64,000 nt of DNA, taken from NCBI GenBank assembly GCA_963718215.1, contig CAVQYK010000031.1, positions 396,357 through 460,356 on the forward strand. The letters are read 5' to 3'. Numbering within the stretch: the stretch's first letter is position 1; every line of letters begins with the position of its first letter. Below the pieces are notes generated by a model. It had not been told where the DNA came from and ran no database searches. It saw nothing but the letters and a program-made list of their open reading frames with translations. Shown here one piece after another: positions 44,877-56,800 of the stretch. Both the position numbers and the translations under genes were made by a program. Source of the DNA: an uncultured Chloroflexia bacterium (lineage in GTDB: Bacteria; Chloroflexota; Anaerolineae; Anaerolineales; Villigracilaceae).

Positions 44877-45949
44877 TTTACATGGCAAAACCCCAGATCG
44901 GGGCTGAAGAAAAACAGGCGGTCATGGAAGTGCTGGACTCCGGCATCATTGCCCAGGGTCCGCGAACCAAGGCGTTCGAAGAAGGTTTCGCGCAGATGTG
45001 CGGCGTGAAACATGCCATTGCCACCTCTTCCGGCACAACGGCGCTGCACGTTGCAATGCTGGCGCATGGCATCAGCAACGGAGACGAGGTCATCACCTCC
45101 GCTTTTACCTTCATTGCATCCGCGAACAGTGTTCTGTATGCCGGCGCCCGTCCGGTTTTTGTGGATATCGATCCGCGCACCTTCAATTTGGATGTGAACC
45201 AGATCGAAGCCGCCATCACGCCTCGGACGAAAGCCATCCTTCCGGTTCACCTCTACGGGTTGGCCTGCGACATGGACCCGATCATGAGTCTTGCCGAGAA
45301 GCATGGTCTGGCGGTCATCGAGGATGCCTGTCAGAGTCACGGCGCAATGTACAAGGGCAGGAAAGTCGGTTCGTTCGGCACCGGCACCTTTTCCCTGTAC
45401 CCCACCAAGAACATGACCTCCGGCGAGGGTGGCATGATCACAACCAACGACCCGGTCATTGACGAGAAGAGCCGTGTCATCCGCCAGCACGGCATGCGCG
45501 TGCGCTACTATCACGATGAACTCGGCTACAACTTCCGCATGACGGATGTCCATGCCGCGATTGGTCTGGCGCAATTGCATAAGCTGGATCAGTTCAATGC
45601 CAAACGGCAGGCAAATGCCAAATTCCTGAGCGAAAACCTGAAGGGAGTCGTGACGCCGTACGTGCCCGAGGGGCAGACCCACGTCTTTCACCAGTACACG
45701 ATCCGGGTCCCGGATGGGAAGCGTGACGCGTTGCGGTCACACCTGCAGGAAAAGGGAGTCGGCTCCGAGGTGTATTACCCGGTCCCGATCCACAAGCAAA
45801 CCTTTTATGTCGGTGAACTGGGCTACAAGGACAGCCTCCCGGCAACGGAACATGCGACGACGGAAGTCCTGTCATTGCCGGTGCATGCGGGTCTCAGCGC
45901 CGCGGACCTGGAAACAATTGTTGCGGCTGTGAACGAGTTCATGGGATAG
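44873..45949 (+). CDS. DegT/DnrJ/EryC1/StrS aminotransferase (WbpE/WlbC-like)
   Basis: [39 protein letters not shown]. Confidence 0.9.
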   Translation: MIYMAKPQIGAEEKQAVMEVLDSGIIAQGPRTKAFEEGFAQMCGVKHAIATSSGTTALHVAMLAHGISNGDEVITSAFTFIASANSVLYAGARPVFVDIDPRTFNLDVNQIEAAITPRTKAILPVHLYGLACDMDPIMSLAEKHGLAVIEDACQSHGAMYKGRKVGSFGTGTFSLYPTKNMTSGEGGMITTNDPVIDEKSRVIRQHGMRVRYYHDELGYNFRMTDVHAAIGLAQLHKLDQFNAKRQANAKFLSENLKGVVTPYVPEGQTHVFHQYTIRVPDGKRDALRSHLQEKGVGSEVYYPVPIHKQTFYVGELGYKDSLPATEHATTEVLSLPVHAGLSAADLETIVAAVNEFMG

Positions 45950-45973
45950 AGCGCGACAGATCGAACAGCGGAT

Positions 45974-47185
45974 ATGAAGATCGCGTATGTTGTCCCGTAT
46001 GTGCCGAACCTCATACGGACCAGACCCTACAACCTGATCTGTAATCTCGCGGCTTTGGGCCACGAGGTCACTGTCTTTACGCTTGGACACGGAGCGCAGG
46101 ATGAAAAGGATGTGGAGTCCCTGCGCTCCAAGGTTGCGCGTGTGATCTATCAGGAACAGCCGGTCTGGTATTCGCTGTGGAACAGTCTGATTACAGTGCC
46201 GTCACGGAGGCCGCTCCAGACGGTTTATAGTTGGAATCCGCGCCTTGCAAAGCAGTTGGTGAGCCTCCTAAGTGTTCCCGGCACGTTCGACGTCGTGCAC
46301 GTGGAGCATTTGAGAGGCTCGTATTATGGTCAGTACATCAAATCCAAACTTCCAAATATGCGTGTGGTTTGGGACAGCGTGGACTGCATCAGTTACCTGT
46401 TTCAGCAGGCCTCGGCGCACAGCACGGGTGGATTCGGCAAGTTCGTTACCCGCTTCGAACTTGGCAGGACGCGCCGTATGGAAGGAAAACTGGTGGGGGA
46501 GTTTGACCACGTGCTTGTGACCTCTGAAACAGACAAGAAAGCCCTGATGGAACTGGCTCCGACCGGCTCCAAAACCGCACCCATTTCCGTCCTCTCCAAT
46601 GGTGTGGACCTGGAATTCTTCCACCCGAATCCTGAAATACAGCGGGATTCGGAAACACTGGTCTTCAGCGGCAAGATGAGTTATCACGCCAACATCTCGA
46701 TGGTGAAATTTCTTGTCACGGAGATCATGCCCCGGGTGTGGGCGAGGCGGCCAAATGTCCAATTGGTGATCGTTGGCAAGGATCCGACGCCCGAAATCCG
46801 AGTATTGGGAGCCGATCCCCGCATCACTGTCACAGGTACGGTGGACGATATCCGCCCGTATCTTTGGAAGGCAACTGTTGCGGTTGTGCCGCTGGTGTAT
46901 GGAGCTGGGATACAGAACAAGATCCTGGAAGCCATGGCTTGTGGAACGCCGGTGGTGACAACCTCAAAAACACTTTCCTCGCTTGGCATCACGCCCGGGA
47001 AGGAACTCGTGGTGGCAGATGGGGCGGATGAGTTTTCGCAGGCGGTTTTGAACCTGCTTGATGACCGGGTACTTCGGTCAAAGGTGGGAAATGCTGGATG
47101 CGAATATGTAAAAAGCCATCATAGTTGGGGGGCGAAGGCGAAACAGTTGGTCGGCCATTATGAAGAGGCAAAAAACAGGCAGTAA
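45974..47185 (+). CDS. GT4 glycosyltransferase
   Basis: NGVD, FSGKMSY.AN, GAGIQNKILEAMACGTPVV. Confidence 0.9.
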   Translation: MKIAYVVPYVPNLIRTRPYNLICNLAALGHEVTVFTLGHGAQDEKDVESLRSKVARVIYQEQPVWYSLWNSLITVPSRRPLQTVYSWNPRLAKQLVSLLSVPGTFDVVHVEHLRGSYYGQYIKSKLPNMRVVWDSVDCISYLFQQASAHSTGGFGKFVTRFELGRTRRMEGKLVGEFDHVLVTSETDKKALMELAPTGSKTAPISVLSNGVDLEFFHPNPEIQRDSETLVFSGKMSYHANISMVKFLVTEIMPRVWARRPNVQLVIVGKDPTPEIRVLGADPRITVTGTVDDIRPYLWKATVAVVPLVYGAGIQNKILEAMACGTPVVTTSKTLSSLGITPGKELVVADGADEFSQAVLNLLDDRVLRSKVGNAGCEYVKSHHSWGAKAKQLVGHYEEAKNRQ

Positions 47186-47226
47186 TGGGGAAACAAGATC
47201 GGCTGTAACCTCAAAAGTATCCAAAG

Positions 47227-47269
47227 GTGACAAATGTCACTTGATTTTGATGGTATGCGCCTCTATCGT
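47227..47269 (+). promoter_or_regulatory. CRP/FNR-like palindrome GTGA-N6-TCAC abutting sigma70-like promoter TTGATT-N17-TATCGT
   Basis: GTGACAAATGTCAC at 47227-47240, -35 at 47241, -10 at 47264; related arrangement at 59585-59626. Confidence 0.5.
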
Positions 47270-47353
47270 ATAGGTGATGTCTGCGTTGTCCCGCTTGGTT
47301 GCAGATATACAGGTTGTCTCCTTCCAAAATAATCTGGTGAGTGGAAAAAGGTT

Positions 47354-47379
47354 TGTAACTTATTTGATGATATGGCGTC
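47354..47379 (+). promoter_or_regulatory. ECF-sigma-type promoter TGTAAC-N16-CGTC
   Basis: Identical boxes and spacing recur at 59681-59706. Confidence 0.65.
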
Positions 47380-47454
47380 ATGCTGGTGAAAAAGAGCACA
47401 ATTGGGGATCTTCTTTTAATGGTTTGGAGAAAAACCGAATAAACAAAATTTGAA

Positions 47455-47552
47455 GTGGAAGCGATGAACCGGGAAAGAATTCTTGGTCGCCATCTTCTGT
47501 TGAAGGAAAACAGGAAGATATTTCCCGCGGAGCAAATAGCGAAACCGGCCAC
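47455..47552 (+). ncRNA. c-di-GMP-II-type riboswitch aptamer, copy 1 of tandem
   Basis: GUGG/CCAC P1; GGAAGC-GAUGA..GGAGC kink-turn; GGGAAA/UUUCCC stem; UUGGUCGC..GCGAAACCGGCC pseudoknot. Confidence 0.85.
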
Positions 47553-47576
47553 AGGTTGTTTTCGCTATTTTTGTTT
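47534..47576 (+). terminator. Intrinsic terminator overlapping aptamer 1
   Basis: AAATAGCGAAA..TTTCGCTATTT followed by TTGTTT. Confidence 0.75.
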
Positions 47577-47652
47577 AAGAAACATTCCTTTATTGTAACT
47601 TTTCGAGGTCATCTCTTTAGTAGTGCGGGCAAACCAAATATGTTCGGATAAG

Positions 47653-47753
47653 GTGGAAGCTGTGATCCAGGGATCGGTCTTGGTCGCTCAACCTGCTTGT
47701 GTTACAGCATAAGCGGGGGATGATCCCTGATGAGCTAATGCGAAACCGGCCAC
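47653..47753 (+). ncRNA. c-di-GMP-II-type riboswitch aptamer, copy 2 of tandem
   Basis: GUGGAAGCUGUGA; CAGGGAUC/GAUCCCUG stem; UUGGUCGC; UGAGC..GCGAAACCGGCCAC. Confidence 0.85.
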
Positions 47754-47773
47754 ACAGGTCGGTTTCTTCGTTT
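47742..47773 (+). terminator. Intrinsic terminator overlapping aptamer 2
   Basis: GAAACCGGCC-ACACA-GGTCGGTTTC followed by TTCGTTT. Confidence 0.7.
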
Positions 47774-47821
47774 AATGCGACATATGCAGTCTTTTTTGTT
47801 CCATATTCAATGGAGGCCACA

Positions 47822-50800
47822 ATGAAACACCAGATCAAGGTTCGTGTATTCTCAGTCATCACCATATTGAGCATGTTGTTGAGTGCGGTCAGCATGCCGA
47901 ACATCACCGCGCAGGCGGATGCAGGCTGGACGGCGTACAACGATGTTGTCTACCGCTCCAGCGACCAGTACCTTGGCGCCAATGTCACGACTATAACGAT
48001 CGGGACCGGCAATCCTGGGCCAACCTCCGGTGTATTGCTGGACCAGGCAACTGGGGCATCCACCGGCGTTACCGCAACCCTGACCCAAAGCGGCGGAGTT
48101 GTGTGGCAGCCAGATGCCACCTCCGGCGGGGATGAAACCGCCGTGGGAACGGACGCCTACACCACCTTCCATAACATCACCGACCTGGGTGGTGTGGTCT
48201 ATTATGGAACCGCGGGCTGGTATGTGGACCTGACGTTCACGGGTTTGGATCCAGCCAGGACCTACACCTTCGCCACCTCTGCCAACCGCAAGGGAGGCAC
48301 CACCTACGCGGACAGGGTTTCCCGTTATACGATCTCTGATGTGGTGACAGCCGCCAATGCCAGCACGAGCGGCGTGACGATCAAGACCACCTCCTTTGCG
48401 GGCGACACATCGGCATTCAGTACGGGTGAGAACACGACCACAGGTTACGTGGCGCGTTGGACAGGCATCCAACCTGGATCGGACGGAGATTTCACAGTGC
48501 GCGCCCAAGCCGATGGTTCAGTGAATAACGTCTATGCGTTCAGCGTCTTCATGTTGCGGGAGGAAGCGACGGCCTCTACGCCCACGATCACGACTACGGG
48601 GACGCTCAACCCGTTCACTTCGCAGCCGGGAGTTGCCTCAGCGGAACAGAACTACACCGTCTCTGGAAGCAACCTAACAGATAATATTATCATCACCGCT
48701 CCGACGGACTTTGAGATTTCACTCACCAACGGATCGGGTTTCTCATCTTCACCCATCTCATTGACCCCAACCAGTGGAACAGTTGCATCCACGCCGATCT
48801 ACGTGCGCTTCAACCGCGCCACGGTAGGGACCTCCAGCGGGGATATTACCCATGTCAGCGCGGATGCGACTACCCAGAACGTGGCGGTCAGCGGCACGGC
48901 TTCATTGCCTCCCGCTCAAACCCTGCCAATCACTGAACGTTCAACTTGGAAGTATCTTGACAATGGAACGAACCAGGGCACAGCGTGGAAGGAAATTGCC
49001 TTCGACGATTCATCCTGGGCATCAGGTCCAGCTGAATTGGGATATGGGGATGGCGGCGAGGCAACGGTTGTCGACTGCAGTGCTGTCGCGAACTGTAATT
49101 CAAACAACTATATAACGACTTACTTCCGCAAGGCATTCAATGTTCCTGATAGATCCATTTATTCGGGCTTGAACCTGCGTCTGTTGCGGGACGATGGCGC
49201 AATTGTGTATCTGAACGGTACGGAAGTTTGGCGTACGAACATGCCAGCCGGAGCAGTGACATATACTACTTTGTCACCTACTGCGATCGGCGGTACGGAT
49301 GAAACGACCTTTGTGAGTCCGACATCCGTGCTTGCCAACACACTTGTGAATGGGACGAACGTTCTGGGGGTCGAGATTCACCAGCAGGCCATTACCAGTA
49401 CCGATATCAGTTTCGACCTCGAACTGACTGGTGTCATTTCAACACCGACCTGTTATGCTTTGACTCTTGGGTCATACCGGGAATGGCACAATCCCAACGG
49501 CTTCTCCCACAAATTCGACTGGCTGTTCGGCGGGACAATACGTCGCAGGCCAAGATCGTAAATCTCAATGGAGCCGTGCCTGATGCTGGCTGGGCAATTG
49601 CGAGTTGGTACGGAACGGGCAACAACGTCAGCACCGCGAGCACGAACTCCCTGACCATGCCAGCCAGTGCACATTCCGCCGGGGTGAATTACATTCTCTC
49701 CACCACCGCCACTGTTTCCTTCCAGGAAGGCGTGAACAGTTATGCAGGCACTGCGGATACTTACATCCTGCAATCTTCTGCGACCACATCATTTGGCACA
49801 GCACAGAGCGTGGAATGGGATACTCAGGATGTCGCGGGCGATGTCAATACACAGAAATTTGGTTTGATCCGTTTTGACAGTATTTTCGGCTCCAACACCG
49901 GGCAGATCCCTGTGGGATCCACAATCAATTCGGCGACCCTGCAATACACGGTGTTCAATAACAGCACCGACCCTGCCGCCAGTTTGAACGCAGTCCTGGT
50001 GGATTGGACCGAATCGACGACCTATAACACGTTCGGCGTCCGTTGCGGGTGTGCAGGCGGATGATTATGGGGCACTCGTCACGACTGCTCCCGGTACATC
50101 GATCACAACCTACACCATTGATGTCACATCCAGCCTTTCCGCATGGTCGGGCAATCCATCCTCGAACCGCGGCTGGATCGTTAGACCAGCCGGCGCTGAT
50201 GGTGTTGATATCCGCTCGAGCGAATACACCACGACTGCCGAACGACCCAAATTAACGGTGACCTATCAAACAGGCAGCGCCGAGAACCGGACGCCAAATC
50301 AGCCTGTGCTCGTCCAGCCTTTGGACAATGCTACAGGAATTTCCGAGTCGCCGACCCTGACGGTCACGGTCACGGACCCGGATCTTGATCCAATGGACGT
50401 CACTTTTTATGGACGCAAAACCGGTTCAGGTTCGGGTGAGGACTTCACAATTGTGGTGATGCCGGATACGCAGAACATGTCTACGAGTTATCCGACGGTC
50501 CTCAACTCGATGACGCAATGGATCGCGGACAACAAAGCCGCTCGAGAATATTGTCTTTGCCACCAGTGTCGGCGACATTGTTAACACATCGAGCAATACA
50601 ACCGAGTGGACCCGCGCTGACGCAGCTTATGACATTCTGGACGCTGCCGGTGTTCCCTACAGCGTAGGACCCGGCAACCATGATCTGGGTGGTTTATACA
50701 ACACCTATTTCGGTCCCAGCCGGTTCATTGGGAATGGGTACTACCAGGGTTCTTACGCGAGCGGACAGAACGAGAACAACTACTCGTTCTTCAGCGCCTC

Positions 50801-53800
50801 GGGCATGGACTTTATCCTGATCAACCTGCAATACAACCCCACCACCGCCCAACTGGATTGGGCGGATGCCCTGCTGAAAGCCAACCCAGGTCGCCGTGGG
50901 ATCGTTGCCCAGCACAATATCCTCAACACGGACAACTCCTGGAACAGCCAGACATCCTTCAATGCTCTGAAGGACAATCCCAACCTATTCCTGATGCTGT
51001 GCGGACACATGCACACACCAACGGATGGCGCGGCATATCGTGCCGAATTGGGCGACGATGGGCACACCATCCATATCATGATGGCGGATTATCAGGATTA
51101 TCCGAACGGCGGTAATGGCTATATGCGCATTCTCCGCTTCTCACCGCAGCTCCCGCAGATGACAGGATCTATGCGACAACCTACTCGGATTATCTTGGCA
51201 CATCGATCACTACATCTCCCGACCAGATGGAGATGGTGTATGACATGGTTGCTGGTATGGCTGAGGCCGATGCTTTTGAGGTGATCGGGTACTGCCAATG
51301 ATGTGGCAAGCGGCGGCAACGCCTCCTTCACGTGGACCGGACTCTCATCCACCACCGAGTATGAATGGTACGTGGATGTTTCGGATGGCGAATTGACCAC
51401 CACCGGGGCAACCTGGTCCTTCACGACGGACGGCGCGACGGCTTGTTACCCATTGACTCTGGGTCACACCGGCAATGGCACAACCCCGACCGCCTTACCC
51501 GCAAACTCGACCGGCTGTTCAGCAGGTCAATATGTTGCTGGCGAGTTGATCAACCTGAGCGGCGCCACGCCTGATAGCGGCTGGAAGATCGACAGTTGGT
51601 ATGGAACGAGCAACAACACCAGCACCGCCAGCACCAATTCCCTGACCATGCCTGCGAGTGCGCTTTCCGCAGGTGTGAACTATACAGTGATCCCTTCGGC
51701 GGGTCTGGTTTGTGAAAGTTTCAATACATTCACGCCCGGTTCCACGATCGGGACTTATACCGGTTGGTACGATGGCGGCAGTGGACCGGTCGTCACCTCC
51801 GGAAACGGTGTGGCGGGATCCATTGGTCTTGCTGCCTCCGGCACGATCTTCACCTGGACCGCGCATCCTTTCGATTGGAACGCGGCTGATTTCGTGGCTG
51901 TGAGACTACAGGGAGATTTCCAGACGAACGCCAGCGGTCAGTTCGATGATGACCGCCTCGCCTGGACGATCAACAACGCCTCGACCAGTTCCGATTACGA
52001 GTTCGGTGTGCAATTGGATCCCGGCGGCACGGGCGATAACATCGAAGCCTACTGGGATGGCAACACCTTCGGCGATGACGGCGGACGGACGAGCATCGTC
52101 AGCCTGCCGACCCTGACAGGCAACGCCTGGTATCAGGCTGTATGTCCAAATCACGAAGTTGACTGCAACCTCCGCCAAACTGGATGTCACACTCACGGCG
52201 CTGGATGCCAGTGGCAACCCGGGCACAGTGGTGGCGAGCGGTTCGATTGCGGATACCGCCCTGCTTCCCAACACAACCGGTGAAGAGAGTCCCAACCCGG
52301 CTTACTTCACCGGTCCGATCTGGCCCAATTACAAGAACCACAACGGCACGACCGGCGCGATGGACAACGTCTGTTACGAAGTCGTGACCGGCGAACCGCC
52401 CGTCGCAATACACGCTTACCACGAACACGGTCGGATCAGGCGGCATCACTCTGAGTCCCTCGGGTGGCACATATAATCAAGGTACAGTGGTGCAACTCAC
52501 CGCGACACCCGCAGTTGGTTGGGCATTCAGCGGCTGGTCCGGCGACCTGACCGGCACGACCAACCCTGCCTCCATCACGATGGACGCGAACAAAAACGTC
52601 ACTGCCACATTCACGCAACTGCCGCCAGTCACGCTGACGGTGAACAAAGTCGGCAACGGCACAGTCACGTTGAACCCGGCCGGGGGGAGTTACGCGGTTG
52701 GGACGGTGGTGCAACTGTCGGCTGCGCCTGATGCGGGTTGGTACTTCAGCGGATGGTCGGGTGATCTCACGGGTACAACGAATCCCGCATCCATCACCAT
52801 GAACGCGAACAAGACGGTCACAGCCACTTTCACTGAGGTCCCGCCTGCACCCTCCGGAGTATGCGAAAGTTTCAACACCGGCTTTACACTTGGGCAGGTC
52901 GTCGGTGCGCATGCCGATTGGTTCGATAGCGGCACGGGGCCTGTGGTCACGTCCGGCAATGGCTTGACCGGCACAGTCGGTCTGGCTCCGGGCAGTTCCA
53001 TCTTCACCTGGACCGCCCATCCCTTCAACTGGAATGATCCAGCATTTGAGAGCATCAACTTCAGCATGGATTACCAGACCAACGCCAGTGGGCAATTCGA
53101 CGATGACCGCCTTGGTTGGATGACATCGAGCACGAGCGCGGACTCCGCGAACTTCTTCGGCGTTCAATTGGATACGACGGAAGACGGCGGGATCGTGACC
53201 TTCTGGCGCGATGCTGCTGGCACACGCATCCAGACTCCCATTGTGCCGGTCGCTTCCTTCTCCGCCAATACCTGGTACCGTTTCAATGCAACCATCGCCA
53301 AGCTGACGGCTACCTCCGCCCGCATCGACGTGAACCTTGTGCAACTCGACGCCAGCGGCAACCCGACCGGCACACCCTACACCGGTACTGTTGAAAACAC
53401 GAGCACTTGGTCAGGCGGCGCGCCCAATCCCAACTTGTTCACCGCAACCAGCATGTGGCCTGCCTACAAGAATCACAGTGCCATCACAGGCGCCGCAGAT
53501 AACGTCTGCTTCGATATTGTGTCAGGTCGCTTTGCTTTCGTGGTCACCACCGACTGGCATACCAGCGACACCTATCCCAATGGCGGCATCACAACCAAGG
53601 TCGGGCAGATCGCAGATTGGATTAACAATCCCACTTCTGCCATGCCCGCACCTGAGTTCATGGTCATCACTGGCGATTTCCCGCACCTGACGCAGACGGA
53701 TACGATCATCAATACTGTGCTTGGAAATGATTTCCTGTGGTATCCGGTCATCGGCAACCATGAGATTGATGATGTCACCAATGACTTTAATGTCATCCGC

Positions 53801-56800
53801 GATACGGTGGTTCCGTCCCTGCCTAATATCGTGAACTATGGTCCTGCCGGGCAGTGTCAATACCACCTACTCATTCGATTATGAAAATGCCCACTTTGTG
53901 GTGATCAACCCGTTCTGGGATGGCGCTTCGAATGACCATACCAGTGAAGGCGATATTTCCACTGCGCTGAATTCGTGGATCAACTCTGACCTGACAGCGA
54001 ATGATGAGACCCATAACTTCGCCTTCATCCATACGCCTGCCTATCCGGCCAACCGGCATGTCGGTGAAGATCTGGATGCACCTGCCAACCGGGGGAGGCG
54101 CGATGCGTTCGTCGCCACCTTGAACGCCAACAACGTAGAAACGCTGTTTGCCGGGCATACGCATTACTACGAGCATGATGTCGCGCCGGAATATCCGCTG
54201 GGTAATCTGGATCAGGTCACGAATGGCGCGTTACGCTCAGGCGAAACGTCCACGATCACCTATGTGCTTGTGGAAGGCAGTACGACCACCTACAAGGTGT
54301 ACATGTGGAACGGAAGCGCCTTCACTCTCCACGAACAGTGGAGCATCGGCGGAACGCCTCCGTCCCAGCCGCCAGCCGCACCCACAACCCTGACAGCTTC
54401 AGCCGTCGCCTACAATCAGGTCAACCTTTCGTGGAACGATAATGCGAACAACGAAACCGGCTTCGAGATCGAACGCTCCACAACCGGCAGCGGCGGGACC
54501 TTCACAGCATTGGCGTCGGTCCTGACGGATGTTGAAGCCTATACCAATGGGGGCCTGACTGCCGAGACGTGAATATTGTTACCGCGTGCGTGCAGTCAAT
54601 GCCGCGGGACAATCCACCTACAGCAATGTCGCCTGTGCGACCACGCCCGAACAGCCGCCTGTGACCCTGACCTGCGAAACCTTTGACACGCTCACACCCG
54701 GCTCCACACTCGGAACCTACGCGGGCTGGTACGATGGCGGCAGTGGACCCGTCGTTACATCGGGCAATGGTGTTTTGAACTCCATCGGATTGGCCGCGGC
54801 GACCAATATCTACAACTGGACGGCGCATCCCTTCAACTGGAACGCCTCCACGTTTGACAGCGTCACTTTGCAACAGGACTTCAGGACCGACGGCGCTGGT
54901 CAGTTTGACGATGACCGCATGGCATGGACAACTGTGTCCAACAGCACTGATTCGCTGAATCAATTCGGTGTGCAACTCGATCATCCCGATGGCGGCATTG
55001 TCACCTACTGGCGTACGAGCAGTGATGTTCGCGTGCAAACGCCGATCGTCACATTACCGACCCTGCCGGCCAATACCTGGTATCGCTTCAATGCGAAGAT
55101 CACCAAGTTAACGTCAACTTCTGCAAAGATCGATGTCAGCCTGACACAACTGGATGCGAGCGGCAACCCAACGGGAACGGTATATTCGGGTTCGGTTGCG
55201 AACACCAGTACATGGGCAGGCGGCGCTCCGGCAACGCGTTACTTTACGGCTACGTCCATGTGGCCCAGCTACAAGACTTACAACTCAGCCGCCGCGGCTC
55301 CTGCCGACAATGCCTGTTACGAAATTGCGACGGGTGAACCGCCTCAGCAATACACGTTGACGGTCAATGCAGTTGGATCGGGCAGTGTCGCGCTCAATCC
55401 GGCAGGCGGCACATACGATGAAGGTACGATCGTGCAACTGACAGCCAACCCGATTTCCGGCTGGCAGTTCAGCGCCTGGTCCGGTGATTTGAGTGGAAAC
55501 ACGAACCCGGCCTCGATCGTCATGAATTCGAACAAGACTGTCACAGCCACCTTCGTCCAACAGACAGGCGATTTGGTCGGGTACTGGAAGTTTGATGCAA
55601 GCTCCGGGACGACTGCTGTTGATTCCTCCACCTATGCCAACAACGGTACGGTCAACGGAGCCACCTGGACGACCGGCAAAGTCAATAATGGTTTGAGCTT
55701 TGATGGGAGCAATGATTATGTCCAGGTTCCCAACAGTACCAGCCTCAGCCTGAGTACGAACCGGGTCACCTTCGCCGGGTGGATCTATCCCACCAATGTA
55801 TCCGGCAGTTGGACGACGATCGTTCAAAGGTCCAACACCAACGGCTCCTGGTTCGACTGGCAGATCTACTCCCGCGCCTCAGATGCCCCAACCCCTAACC
55901 GCCCAGTCTTCCGCGTGGACTGGAACAGGGATGGGATCATGGATGCGAATGAGCAGGTGCAGGGTGATATCATCCTGCAAGCCAACACCTGGTACTACAT
56001 TGCTGCGACCTATGATGGGACCGCGATGCGCTTCTACATCGACGGCACCCTGCGCGGCACCACGAATATCTCCGGTGCCACCATCCCCGCCAGCAACAAA
56101 CCGGTCTGGATCGGCGGCAACGATGCCTGGGGCGAATACTTCCCCGGCAGGATCGATGAGTTCAGAATCTACAACCGCGCCTTGAGCCAGTCTGAGATCC
56201 AAACCATCATGAACCCGCCGACCTGCTATGCCCTGACCTTGAGTCACACTGGGCAGGGAAGCAACCCGGTTGCTTCGCCCGCGAATTCGGCGGGATGTTC
56301 AACCGGCCAATACACAGCGGGGGCGGCGATCAACCTGAGCGGTGCGGTCCCGACAACCGGCTGGCAGATCAGCGGCTGGACGGGCACGAACAACAACACC
56401 AGCACTGCCAGTACGAACACGGTCACCATGCCTGCCAGTGCGCATACCGCAAGTGTCAACTACGCTCAGATCGAATACACTCTGACGGTCAATGTTGTTG
56501 GCAATGGTGGTGTGGCGAAGAGTCCGAATCAAGCCACCTATCATTATGGCGACGTGGTGCAACTTACTGCGACACCCAATACTGGCTGGACGTTCACGGG
56601 TTGGACTGGCGATCTGACTGGGACGACCAATCCCGCTTCTGTGACCATCAATGGAAACAAGACCGTCACCGCGAACTTCACGCAGAACCAGTACACGCTG
56701 ACGGTCAACTCCGCGCATGGCACGGTGACGAAGAACCCGAACAAGGCGACCTACACCTACGGCGAAGAAGTCACCCTGAGCGTCACGCCCGATGCAGGCT

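Noticed and set aside
1-47185. Frameshifts as programmed phase variation of glycosyltransferases
   Set aside because: Most breaks are not in long homopolymers or SSRs, and they also occur in non-GT genes
47594-47625. TGTAAC between the tandem aptamers as a further ECF promoter
   Set aside because: No CGTC at 16-17 nt spacing
47211-47940. Minus-strand ORFs 47211..47552 and 47617..47940, and the upstream extension 47699..47821
   Set aside because: They overlap promoters and riboswitches and have no recognisable motifs; the SD-supported start is 47822
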